Shown: positions 9,539 to 20,913 of the stretch, piece by piece
Layout: each line of letters opens with the position of its first letter
Position numbering within the stretch: position 1 is the first letter of the stretch
Source: Chitinophaga pinensis
GTDB lineage: Bacteria; Bacteroidota; Bacteroidia; NS11-12g; UBA9320
Length of the DNA stretch: 33,433 nucleotides
Assembly (NCBI GenBank): GCA_945890595.1
Contig: CAMDCQ010000003.1
Coordinates: 1-33,433 of the forward strand
Direction of reading: 5' to 3'
Position numbers and translations under genes: made by a program
Notes under the pieces: generated by a model
What the model saw: the letters and a program-made list of their open reading frames with translations, nothing else
Databases searched by the model: none
What the model was told of the DNA's origin: nothing

Positions 9539-11491
9539 TTATTTGGATAAAAACAACTTTTTGGTTGTCATTTTGTCTCCCATTGATATCTGCACAAAAT
9601 AGATTCCATGTTTAAATCCGTTCATGTCAAGTTGGATGTGCGAATTAGAAGTGCTTATCCCGTCTTTACTCCCAAGCACCTCTTGACCATACGCATTTAA
9701 TACTTTAATCTCTATCGGTGCATTGATTATATTCGTTAAAGCAACCGTTACGATACCATTGGTAGGGTTAGGATACAGCACCACGTTAGTAGTTTTTTCA
9801 ATGCTCGAAACTCCTAACTCTTCCTGTGACAGGATATTAACTGTAAACCCGTCTTTTTTAAGAACTTCACCCTTAGAATTCATGCCAATAGAATCACAAA
9901 ACTGACTGTAACAAGAATTATCAAGATCAATAATTGTTAAGCAAAGTTCGTACTTTCCAAAGGCCGCATACTCGTGAGTTGGCTTTGCAGATGAACTTAT
10001 ATTTCCATCTCCAAAATCCCATATATACTGTGTTGAAGGAGTAGTGTTGGTACTATTATCTACCACATACATCGTATATGCTATATTTGTGTCTACTGCT
10101 ATATAATAGGATGCATTACAGTTAAACAGCGCCGGAATAGATACTGTTTTACACAGTGAATCACAAACTCGACCATAGGCATCTAAGACATATAAACAAA
10201 CAGTAAAGTCCCCGCTATACGTGTACTCATGATCCAACGAATTGCCATTGGTTGTATCTTTTGCCCCGTCCCCAAAACTCCATATACGAACAATTGTTGA
10301 GTCTGCATTGGTAGAATCTGTTAGGTAGATTTGCGCATACTCTCGTGTAAGCGAGAAATTAGGAGTTGGGCATGGCTCGTTATAAGGACATCCTGTAGAA
10401 GGCGAACTAAGTAAGTTAGCATAATCTACCCGTCCATAAATATTAAAATTATCCTGGTAGTCAGAAATGCTTGCATTTATTGCTAAGGTATCTGTCGTAC
10501 CCCAATAGTTGGAGGTCAGATCGATCCTTGTACTGCTTGTAGGGTTAGGATTTGAACCCGCAATGCGTACTTTTTTAGGCGTATTATCGAAATTATTATA
10601 ATGAATATTTAATATCGGATCGATGTAATTAGCGGTATATCGCTCAAGGCACAGTGCTGCAGAATAGGATCGCGTAGCGTCATAACCAACAGAGTCTAAA
10701 TTATTGTTTTTGAAATTAAACGTGTTTTGGATTTGACCATAGAAGCCCACCAAAATACCATATTTGATATCAATAAAATCATTACATAAGAGGTCTAAAT
10801 CCCCACGTTGTCCAAATCTGATTTCGTCTAAGTATTTAAAAGTGTTTCCTTTAGCATAGAATATACCTGTAATTTGCAAACCCCGGGCGTAGCTAACAGA
10901 GCTATTCAGCATGACCGTTTTTAAAGAATCTCCTGAAAGATATATTGCAGTTCCTTGGTGATATGACGTGCCTTTTACACCTTCTATTTCACAATTTAAA
11001 ATAGTTAGATTAGACTTATCGTAACCAATGTTGTAGGCATATATGCTATAGTATCCATTATAAACTCTCGAATTTTCTATTCTAAAATTGGTGCTTTGTA
11101 TGTCAAATATTTTGTTGGCTACACCGGTACCTTCTACATCAGCATATCGTATAATTGCTTCTCCACCTTTAGCTGCGTAGCGAATGCCACTTTTTTGTTT
11201 ATAGTTAATGATCAACCCTGAGACATGCACAATAGAATCTGCCTTGCCGAGGATGTTGAATGCTCCGTCAATATACAATGTGGTATAACCTCCTGCTCCG
11301 ATAATTTCTGCACCGGGCATAACTGTGACGGTAACTCCTGTATCAATATAAGTGTTTTGTGGCAGAGAATAAGGGCTTCCCGCTGCAGTCCATACTTGAT
11401 TGCTTAAGATAAGTGGTGAAACTGTAGTTTGTGAAAACGAATAACTAAGTGAAAAAAAAGAAAATAAAAAGGTAAGTAATCTATAATTCAT
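9539..11491 (-). CDS. Secreted protein: beta-helix-like N-terminus, two PKD domains and T9SS sorting domain
   Basis: Signal peptide; WTAAGSPY and NYWGT; WSFGDG and WDFGDG PKD motifs; YPNPTNG...GIYFVQI...KKLFLSK. Confidence 0.85.
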   Translation of the reverse strand: MNYRLLTFLFSFFSLSYSFSQTTVSPLILSNQVWTAAGSPYSLPQNTYIDTGVTVTVMPGAEIIGAGGYTTLYIDGAFNILGKADSIVHVSGLIINYKQKSGIRYAAKGGEAIIRYADVEGTGVANKIFDIQSTNFRIENSRVYNGYYSIYAYNIGYDKSNLTILNCEIEGVKGTSYHQGTAIYLSGDSLKTVMLNSSVSYARGLQITGIFYAKGNTFKYLDEIRFGQRGDLDLLCNDFIDIKYGILVGFYGQIQNTFNFKNNNLDSVGYDATRSYSAALCLERYTANYIDPILNIHYNNFDNTPKKVRIAGSNPNPTSSTRIDLTSNYWGTTDTLAINASISDYQDNFNIYGRVDYANLLSSPSTGCPYNEPCPTPNFSLTREYAQIYLTDSTNADSTIVRIWSFGDGAKDTTNGNSLDHEYTYSGDFTVCLYVLDAYGRVCDSLCKTVSIPALFNCNASYYIAVDTNIAYTMYVVDNSTNTTPSTQYIWDFGDGNISSSAKPTHEYAAFGKYELCLTIIDLDNSCYSQFCDSIGMNSKGEVLKKDGFTVNILSQEELGVSSIEKTTNVVLYPNPTNGIVTVALTNIINAPIEIKVLNAYGQEVLGSKDGISTSNSHIQLDMNGFKHGIYFVQISMGDKMTTKKLFLSK

Positions 11492-11513
11492 ATTTGATGG
11501 TTGTGTACTCCTA

Positions 11514-11541
11514 TATACGCAAGCTGTACCTGTGATGTTAG
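11514..11541 (-). promoter_or_regulatory. Candidate ECF-type promoter (AAC-N17-CGT)
   Basis: Minus strand ctAAC-atcacaggtacagcttg-CGTata about 25 nt before ATG 11491; no TAnnTTTG seen nearby. Confidence 0.5.
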
Positions 11542-11587
11542 GGAATAAATAAAGAAAAAATGAATTGAACGCTTAAACTTCGTAATT

Positions 11588-13846
<2,259 letters not shown>

Positions 13847-13942
13847 TTAGTTTTTGCAAAAGAGAACAAAGTGTAACACTATTGTATCCCTAAAACGCTA
13901 TTATGGAATCTATCTATGCTTAAGTTACGGCATACTCAAAAA

Positions 13943-13950
13943 TATCTTTG
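13943..13950 (+). promoter_or_regulatory. -7 element for the riboswitch-TBDT transcript
   Basis: TATCTTTG about 50 nt upstream of the aptamer. Confidence 0.65.
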
Positions 13951-13994
13951 TACTGTAATAGCTAAAAAACAACTTGTTCATATACATTTGCTCC

Positions 13995-14102
13995 AACAAA
14001 GGGGTGCTTTGCAGACCACAATTTCTGCATTGCTGAGATGATACCCACGATTCGCTTCTGCGAACGAAACCTGATGCAGATAATGCTGCCGTAGGGAATA
14101 AA
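13995..14102 (+). ncRNA. TPP riboswitch aptamer
   Basis: AGGGGTGC...GCTGAGATGATACCC...AACCTGATGCAGATAATGCTGCCGTAGGGA matches the THI-box core; P3 TGCAGA/TCTGCA and P5 GCAG/CTGC. Confidence 0.92.
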
Positions 14103-14154
14103 AGATAGTAAGGTATCTCTCAACACTCCTGTAATTTTAAAATAAAACACAGGA

Positions 14155-16641
14155 ATGAAAAAACAATCAAGTATAAGCCGCCAGGTAGCTTCTTTACTCT
14201 CACTATTTGTGATATCTACCACGATATGCTCTGGGCAAAACACCTTCAATGCTCAACTAAAAAATGCAAGTAGCTATGAGCCTATAGCCTCTGCATTTAT
14301 TAGGTTAAGTAACAAGCAAAAAACATTTACCGCCTACTCTACCGAAAATGGCTCCATCTACATAGAAAATATTCCATCGGGAAAGTACCAAGCAGCAATA
14401 ACCCATGTAGGATATAAAACATTCGTTGATTCTTGCGTGGTCTATGTTAATGCACAAAAAAGTCCCGAGAAGATTTTCTTTTTATTGCCCGATATGGCAT
14501 TTTTAGATGCGGCAGTTATTACGACCGTACGTGCAAAAAATACTACCCCATCCACATTTACAAATATCAAAAAGGAAGAAATAGAAATGATGGATCAAAG
14601 TAAAGACTTCCCATTTTTACTTAATATGACGCCAAGTACCGTCATATCTTCAGACGCTGGAAATGGCGTGGGTTATACTGGAATTCGTATACGTGGCATT
14701 GATCCTACGCGCGTAAATATTACGGTGAATGGAATACCTATAAACGATGCCGAAAGCCAAGGAATGTACTGGGTAAATATGCCAGATCTTGCTACCTCCA
14801 CTGAAAGTGTACAGATACAACGAGGAGTGGGCACAAGCACAAATGGAGCCGCCGCTTTTGGCGCAAGTGTAAATATTCGCACAAATGAATTACCCAAAGA
14901 AACATCCACGCAAACAAGCTTTGGAGTGGGGAGTTTCAATACTCAACGGTTTTCTCTGCTCCACAACACAGGTAGATTAAAAAATAATTGGGCGTTTCAA
15001 CTCAGAGGCAGCTTGATACAAAGTGATGGATACATAGACCGTGCAAGTTCAGATTTAAGATCTGCTAACTTGGTAGCTGCTAAATATTGGGATAAATCTG
15101 TTTTCAAAACCAATATCCTCCTTGGTAGTGAGCGCACGTATCAAGCGTGGTGGGGCGTACCTCAGACTGTTTATAAGGGAGATATAGCAGGCGAAAACAG
15201 GTACATCAATCAACTGGCTATAGGTGGGGATGATCTTCAAAACTTACAAGAAAGTAATAGCAAAACCTATAATTACTACACCTATGAAAATGAGGTAGAT
15301 CGCTATACACAAAATCACTATCAGTTTTTCTTTGACCACGAATTCAGTAGCTTTTTAAAGCTAAATACAGCGGCGTATATAACGACAGGTAAAGGATACT
15401 TTGAGCAATTTAAAGCCCAAGAAACACTTGCTGATTACGGTATTGGAAGCCTACAACCAACCGGCGACACTTCCTTCGTAGGTGATGTGATACGCAGAAG
15501 ATGGTTAGATAATACGCTAGTAGGAACCATTGCTAATGTGACCTATAATCGAAATAAATTTGAAACGATAATTGGCGGCGGGTTGAGCAGCTACAATGGA
15601 CGTCATTTTGGAGAAGCTATCGCTACCCAATTTACGGATTATGAAGCCATCAATGCTATATATTATGACAACAACGCGACCAAAATAGATGGGAATTTCT
15701 ACGTTCGTCAGTCTTATAACTACAATAACTTAATTCCTTATATCGACTTACAATACCGCACGGTAAATTATCAATTTGAGGGTTTAGACGACAGTCTTAA
15801 CCTTGCTCCGCAAGAAGTAAATTTTTTGTTCTTTAATCCTAAAATAGGTATTACCTACCTCCTTAAAAACAACACCTTTTACGGCGTATTTGCCGTAGGT
15901 AACAGAGAGCCGGTTCGCGATGATTTTAGAGACAATAAAACCAGTACTAGGCCCTTGCCTGAAACTATGGAAAATATAGAAGTAGGATATAGATATGCGA
16001 ACAAAAGAAAGCAGCTGAATGTAAATTTTTATAGCATGCAGTACACTAATCAATTGGTGCTAACAGGAGCAGTAAATAATGTGGGGCAAGCTATTCGTAC
16101 CAACGTAAAAAACAGCTATCGTAGTGGAATAGAATTTGATTTTCAATACCCTATTACTAAAAAATTACAAGGCGGAGGAAATATGACACTATCAGAAAAT
16201 AAAATTCAGGACTTTACGCAGTACACAGATGACTGGGATAACTGGCCCACACAGATTAGTGAGCAATTTGTAAATACCGATATAGCCTTCTCTCCGAACA
16301 CCATCGCTGCAGCTCTTTTGAGCTATAAAGCAAACGCCTTTTTTACGTTAAATGCTAGTGGCAAGTATGTCGGCAAACAATATTTGGACAATACTCAAAA
16401 TGATATGCGAAGCTTGGATGCTTTCACCAATGTAGATTGTAGTATTAACTACGCCCATGCCGAATTAAAAAGCGCTAAAACCATTAATGTCGGACTGCAC
16501 TTAAACAATGTCCTTAACCAATTTTATGCCCCTAATGGATATACCTTTAGTGGGTATTTAGGTGGTGACAGACAGGATTTTAATTATGTATACCCTATGG
16601 CTGGGTTTAATTGGATGATGAAGGTGAATGTCCTCTTTTAA
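14155..16641 (+). CDS. TonB-dependent receptor, probably for thiamine
   Basis: Plug motifs SDAGNGVGYTGIRIRG and QIQRGVGTSTNGAAAFGASVN; terminal Phe; directly downstream of the TPP riboswitch. Confidence 0.88.
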   Translation: MKKQSSISRQVASLLSLFVISTTICSGQNTFNAQLKNASSYEPIASAFIRLSNKQKTFTAYSTENGSIYIENIPSGKYQAAITHVGYKTFVDSCVVYVNAQKSPEKIFFLLPDMAFLDAAVITTVRAKNTTPSTFTNIKKEEIEMMDQSKDFPFLLNMTPSTVISSDAGNGVGYTGIRIRGIDPTRVNITVNGIPINDAESQGMYWVNMPDLATSTESVQIQRGVGTSTNGAAAFGASVNIRTNELPKETSTQTSFGVGSFNTQRFSLLHNTGRLKNNWAFQLRGSLIQSDGYIDRASSDLRSANLVAAKYWDKSVFKTNILLGSERTYQAWWGVPQTVYKGDIAGENRYINQLAIGGDDLQNLQESNSKTYNYYTYENEVDRYTQNHYQFFFDHEFSSFLKLNTAAYITTGKGYFEQFKAQETLADYGIGSLQPTGDTSFVGDVIRRRWLDNTLVGTIANVTYNRNKFETIIGGGLSSYNGRHFGEAIATQFTDYEAINAIYYDNNATKIDGNFYVRQSYNYNNLIPYIDLQYRTVNYQFEGLDDSLNLAPQEVNFLFFNPKIGITYLLKNNTFYGVFAVGNREPVRDDFRDNKTSTRPLPETMENIEVGYRYANKRKQLNVNFYSMQYTNQLVLTGAVNNVGQAIRTNVKNSYRSGIEFDFQYPITKKLQGGGNMTLSENKIQDFTQYTDDWDNWPTQISEQFVNTDIAFSPNTIAAALLSYKANAFFTLNASGKYVGKQYLDNTQNDMRSLDAFTNVDCSINYAHAELKSAKTINVGLHLNNVLNQFYAPNGYTFSGYLGGDRQDFNYVYPMAGFNWMMKVNVLF

Positions 16642-16677
16642 GCACTGGTAATAGGTCATGGATTTTATGGTAATTTT

Positions 16678-17349
16678 CTACTTTAGTATAGATTCCCCAT
16701 TTAAGTCTGTTGTTAATATGTCACTCATATAGTCGAAGAACGGTCTTATCGCCACAAAAGTCTTCATGACTTCTTCTGTAAACGACGGATCAAGCACTTC
16801 TATGTCTGTAAAACTTCTAAACGCATAGAATTGCTTCATTTGAATCCATTTAATATGAGGATGCTCTTTGTCAAAGTCCCGCGGCGCAGTTGCTACTCTA
16901 TCTCCTCTTAGCTCGTCAAAATACAGTTTAAATGTTTTATCCGAAGTGATTTGAGTAATGATAGATTGATCCATTTCAAATTCCTTTCGTATTCTGAATA
17001 AATCCTCTTTCGAGGGATCATAGAATCCGCCTCCAACAACGGTTTGATTCCCTGGTTGAATACTCATGTAATAACTACCTCTCCGTGAATCCCCTAAACG
17101 CGTGTAATAGCCACTGAAGTTGGTTTTATAAGGCGATTTGTTGCTGCTAAATCGTACATCACGATTAATTCTAAAAATCTTTGAATTCTCAATTTTATCC
17201 ACCACATCTAACTGACTATGGACTTCTTTTATCAATGCTAAAACCTGACTTCTTGAGAGATCGTAGTTTTTTTTGTGCAGGGTAAACCATTCGCGCGTGT
17301 TATTGGCGGCAAGGTCATTTAAAAATGAAAATGTAGTCTGAGATAACAT
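16678..17349 (-). CDS. DUF2461 family protein
   Basis: LAANNTREWF and IFRINRDVRFSSNKSPYK motifs. Confidence 0.9.
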   Translation of the reverse strand: MLSQTTFSFLNDLAANNTREWFTLHKKNYDLSRSQVLALIKEVHSQLDVVDKIENSKIFRINRDVRFSSNKSPYKTNFSGYYTRLGDSRRGSYYMSIQPGNQTVVGGGFYDPSKEDLFRIRKEFEMDQSIITQITSDKTFKLYFDELRGDRVATAPRDFDKEHPHIKWIQMKQFYAFRSFTDIEVLDPSFTEEVMKTFVAIRPFFDYMSDILTTDLNGESILK

Positions 17350-17403
17350 AAATGATTCGTAATATGGGTTATAAATTTAATTTAGCCTAGTTCATTAAAG
17401 CAC

Positions 17404-17437
17404 AAAAAAAACGCCCCCAATAATTTGAGGACGTTTT
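17404..17437 (-). terminator. Intrinsic terminator of the small lipoprotein gene
   Basis: Minus strand AAAACGTCCTCAA-atta-TTGGGGGCGTTTTTTTT, about 20 nt after the stop. Confidence 0.85.
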
Positions 17438-17456
17438 AATTTTTTTTAGGACAGAA

Positions 17457-17681
17457 CTATTCAGCTACTGTAGCAGATGTATCCGCAGTTGCTGTAGTGT
17501 CAGCTGCCATAGCCGCTGCTTCAGCTGCTGCCATAGAATCTGCAGTTGCTGCTGCTGCAAGAGAATCTGCAGTTGCTGCCGCTGCTGCTTCTGCAGCACC
17601 ATTGTCAGATTGAGAACAAGAAGTAAGTGTGATAGCTGCAACAGCTACAACTAAAACTAATGCATTTCTAAGTTGTTTCAT
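17457..17681 (-). CDS. Small Ala/Thr/Asp-rich lipoprotein
   Basis: MKQLRNALVLVVAVAAITLTS-C lipobox; ATADS repeats; own terminator; CATATTTG-like -7 element upstream. Confidence 0.85.
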   Translation of the reverse strand: MKQLRNALVLVVAVAAITLTSCSQSDNGAAEAAAAATADSLAAAATADSMAAAEAAAMAADTTATADTSATVAE

Positions 17682-17795
17682 TTTGGTTTGTATTTAAATG
17701 TAATAATAGTGCAAATATGTATTTTTGGTTAATATGTTGTTCCTCATACTTTTAAGTTTTAAACAAAATGTGTCTGTTTTGGCATAAAAAAATCA

Positions 17796-17808
17796 TAACT
17801 TGTTGATT
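17796..17808. promoter_or_regulatory. IHF-type binding-site match
   Basis: TAACTTGTTGATT is the reverse complement of WATCAANNNNTTR, in an AT-rich divergent intergenic region. Confidence 0.4.
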
Positions 17809-18093
17809 TTCAGATGTATTATTTTTTTGTTAATTCTTAAAAACAGGCTCAAAATGGACATTAACAACCCTATTTCTTGCGTAATCCTAGTATGAAGTTC
17901 GTTGTTGTAAGCGTTTTTCTTCTTGAAACATTAAAAAACATCCTAAAAACCTCAACAAAAAATAGTCCTAAAGACGCATCAGTAGACCATTATTTCTGAA
18001 GCTATTTGAAAAAACAGATTTTCATTTACACTATTTAACATAGATTTGCATCCATCAAAAGGCGTTCTATTAGAATGTCTTTTAAATACAATT

Positions 18094-18168
18094 CGGGATG
18101 TAGCTTAGTCCGGCTAAAGTGCACGTCTGGGGGGCGTGAGACCGTGGGTTCGAATCCCGCCATCCCGA
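18094..18168 (+). tRNA. tRNA-Pro (GGG)
   Basis: Acceptor CGGGATG/CATCCCG; anticodon arm CACGT-CTGGGGG-GCGTG; T arm GTGGG-TTCGAAT-CCCGC; CCA not encoded; TAGATTTG promoter element at 18041-18048. Confidence 0.96.
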
Positions 18169-18226
18169 CAAAAATTTAGAACAACGGGCGTTTCGTCTAA
18201 AAATCTAAGAAGCAGAGTTAAAATCA

Positions 18227-18517
18227 ATGGCAAGTTTTAAGGAAATAATAAGTGGAGATGTGCCCGTTTTGGTAGATTTTAGTGCAGAATGGTGCGGCCC
18301 GTGTAAAATGATGGTCCCAATTCTAGAACAAGTGAAAAAAGAACTTGGTGAAAAAGTTAAAATCGTTAAAATCGACGTAGATAAAAATCAATCTTTGGCC
18401 AGCACATATCACGTACAAGGAGTTCCTACTTTAATAGTTTTCAAACAAGGAAAACAAGTTTGGCGCGAAAGCGGCGTGCGACAAGCGAGCGAACTAGTTA
18501 CTATTTTAAAAAGTTAG
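18227..18517 (+). CDS. trxA: Thioredoxin
   Basis: [12 protein letters not shown] active site; 96 aa. Confidence 0.93.
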   Translation: MASFKEIISGDVPVLVDFSAEWCGPCKMMVPILEQVKKELGEKVKIVKIDVDKNQSLASTYHVQGVPTLIVFKQGKQVWRESGVRQASELVTILKS

Positions 18518-18571
18518 ATTAGAGACCCGTGGTAATTCATGGCCTACTCTAAAGATCTAAGCATCTTACCC

Positions 18572-19405
18572 CTACGGCAGATACTCCTTCTTAAAGTTAG
18601 GTTTACGTTTCTCTAAAAAAGCATCACGGCCTTCTTTAGCCTCGTCGGTCATATAGGCTAATCGTGTAGCTTCTCCTGCAAATACTTGTTGGCCTACCAT
18701 GCCATCGTCGGTTAGATTCATGGCAAACTTTAACATTTTTATACTGGTTGGCGATTTTTCCAAAATTTCTTGAGCCCATTGGTACGCTGTATCTTCTAAC
18801 TCTGAGTGGGGAATTACCGCATTTACCATTCCCATATCAAACGCCTCTTGAGCGTTATAATTCCTGCCTAAGAAGAATATCTCACGAGCTTTTTTCTGCC
18901 CTACCATTTTGGCTAAATATGCAGAACCGTATCCACCGTCAAAACTAGTAACATCAGCATCTGTTTGTTTAAAAATAGCATGCTCTTTACTTGCTAAGGT
19001 CAAATCACAAACCACGTGCAAACTATGCCCACCGCCTACAGCCCATCCTGGCACAACTGCTATTACCACTTTAGGCATAAAGCGAATCAAGCGTTGCACA
19101 TCCAAAATATTAAGTCTGTGGTAATTATCTTCCCCTACATAACCTTTATGCCCGCGTGCTTTTTGATCGCCGCCGCTGCAAAAACTATAAACCCCATCTT
19201 TGCTACTAGGTCCTTCAGCACTGAGTAAAACTACACCAATGCTTAAATCTTCTTGTGCGTCGTGAAAAGCATCCAACAATTCACTGGTGGTTTTCGGACG
19301 AAAGGCATTTCGTACATCAGGCCTATTAAAGGCAATACGTGCTACGCCATTGCATTTTTTGTAGGTAATGTCTTCGTATTGTTTTACGGTAGTCCAACTG
19401 ATCAT
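18572..19405 (-). CDS. menB: 1,4-dihydroxy-2-naphthoyl-CoA synthase
   Basis: FNRPDVRNAFRP, FCSGGDQ, GGGHSLH and SFDGGYG motifs; ATG at 19405. Confidence 0.96.
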   Translation of the reverse strand: MISWTTVKQYEDITYKKCNGVARIAFNRPDVRNAFRPKTTSELLDAFHDAQEDLSIGVVLLSAEGPSSKDGVYSFCSGGDQKARGHKGYVGEDNYHRLNILDVQRLIRFMPKVVIAVVPGWAVGGGHSLHVVCDLTLASKEHAIFKQTDADVTSFDGGYGSAYLAKMVGQKKAREIFFLGRNYNAQEAFDMGMVNAVIPHSELEDTAYQWAQEILEKSPTSIKMLKFAMNLTDDGMVGQQVFAGEATRLAYMTDEAKEGRDAFLEKRKPNFKKEYLP

Positions 19406-19801
19406 AAGGCAAAGGTAATGTGTCAAGTTCAAACTCAAGATTCAATTTTTGTATCATTGAGAAGTGAACAAGTACATTCTGCTTTTATTCATATTGTCTT
19501 TTGAGATAAAAGGAAAATCATACACACAAACGCTAATAGGCTGTTTTAATAAAATGCAACCTGGCGTTTACGTGTACTTCCATGATATTTTTTAAAGAAG
19601 CAGTAAATCTACAAAACCAATCGTTTTTAGTACTAAAAGAGTAACGGTTAAAGATTGCTCGTGGTAGTTAATAAAAAACTCTTCACTATTCTAAAAGCAC
19701 TATTACCTCAAGAAATCAAAAACTGACTCCATTATTACTTTCAACGCCTGAGAGTTATGGCCTTGTGCAAGCCGAGAACCACTCAGTAGCTTTTAAGTTA
19801 C

Positions 19802-20851
19802 TCACTTAACATGCTCTGGCACTAGCTCAAAACGTTTAGCCATTACTGACAAATATCCGCGTTTCATATCTTCACTCAAAAAGCTACTGTGCACCTTACC
19901 CACCATCTCCTTGTGACAGTAGTAAAAATTATGCAACATGGCATCCAACACTTTAACAGGCATTTTTAAGGTATCAAAGGCTTGTACAAAGTCAGTGTAT
20001 TTCAAATTGCTCTTTTTTCCATTGAGTGTAAGGGCTAACTCTTCGGTATCTCCAGGGTTTACAAGGGCAGTATTTACTAAATCATAAGCGGGGGAAAGGC
20101 TATAAGCTCCTTGTTCGTTGGCTAGTAACGAAAAGTTTTTGAGGTGCATATCTGCATTGCCCGTAAAATAAGAGAGAAGTACCTGCTCCCAAAAATTGGT
20201 GACATCAAAAGCAGGGTTACTACTGTATTTCAATACCGTTTTAGCTACCTGTTCATGGCTGCCTTTGTACTTATCCTCTGTGAGTCGCTCTGTAAGTTGG
20301 CACATATCTTCCATGTGCAATTTCCCATGACGAGTGCGGTCCACACGTTTAGTTATATAACAGCATGTTCCATCGGTCAGTTTTACAAGACTGTGAGGCA
20401 CCGCTGCTATGCCACATACATCAGCTAGGTGCATAGTAAGGTCTTCTACCTCAGGCAATTCGGCATAGTGCTTTGTTGGTGGCTTAAGTATATAGTCGCC
20501 GTACAAGCCTACTATTGTGAGTTTTTTTACAGGATTTTTATCCTTTTTGTGGTGCAAACTCAAGCTTAGTTTGGGCTGTACGCCGGTTACTGCCATGTGG
20601 CTTTGTACTACTTTTTGGGCAAGTTGCTCCAAGTCGTTAAACTTATAATCGAGCGTAGGGGTGTACAATTGACCAAAAAAACGCTTGTTGCACGCTTGGT
20701 GAAAATCTGCACCGAACTCCGTCAACGGTTTATAGCAAAACAAACAATTACGCATAGGTTTGTCATTGCCTGGTTCCTGCACAGCAGACAGCATTTCTTT
20801 GGTTGTCTCCCGATAGCTATCGGGACGGTATGTCTTCTTGTAATTTTTCAT
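19802..20851 (-). CDS. HipT-like (HipA C-terminal) Ser/Thr kinase toxin; conserved core probably starts at ATG 20755
   Basis: Gly-rich loop AVTGVQPK, YILKP, LHMEDMCQL, catalytic GNADMHLKNFS and LSPAYDL. Confidence 0.9.
   Translation of the reverse strand: MKNYKKTYRPDSYRETTKEMLSAVQEPGNDKPMRNCLFCYKPLTEFGADFHQACNKRFFGQLYTPTLDYKFNDLEQLAQKVVQSHMAVTGVQPKLSLSLHHKKDKNPVKKLTIVGLYGDYILKPPTKHYAELPEVEDLTMHLADVCGIAAVPHSLVKLTDGTCCYITKRVDRTRHGKLHMEDMCQLTERLTEDKYKGSHEQVAKTVLKYSSNPAFDVTNFWEQVLLSYFTGNADMHLKNFSLLANEQGAYSLSPAYDLVNTALVNPGDTEELALTLNGKKSNLKYTDFVQAFDTLKMPVKVLDAMLHNFYYCHKEMVGKVHSSFLSEDMKRGYLSVMAKRFELVPEHVK
20808..20825. repeat. Perfect 18-bp palindrome TCCCGATAGCTATCGGGA (REP-like)
   Basis: Exact dyad symmetry; a degenerate half copy (GTCCTGATAGCT, minus strand) lies at 20909-20920. 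Confidence 0.75.
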
Positions 20852-20913
20852 TTGAAAGTAATTTACTTTCTTCCTCTTTTTTTTTGTCTTACATCATAAG
20901 TCGTTCTGAGCTA

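Noticed and set aside
13962-14249. 95-aa minus-strand ORF
   Set aside because: Antisense to the TPP riboswitch and the TBDT start; no protein features.
18094-18230. tRNA-Pro as an integration site for the hip module
   Set aside because: No integrase and no duplicated tRNA 3' end seen; trxA and menB intervene.
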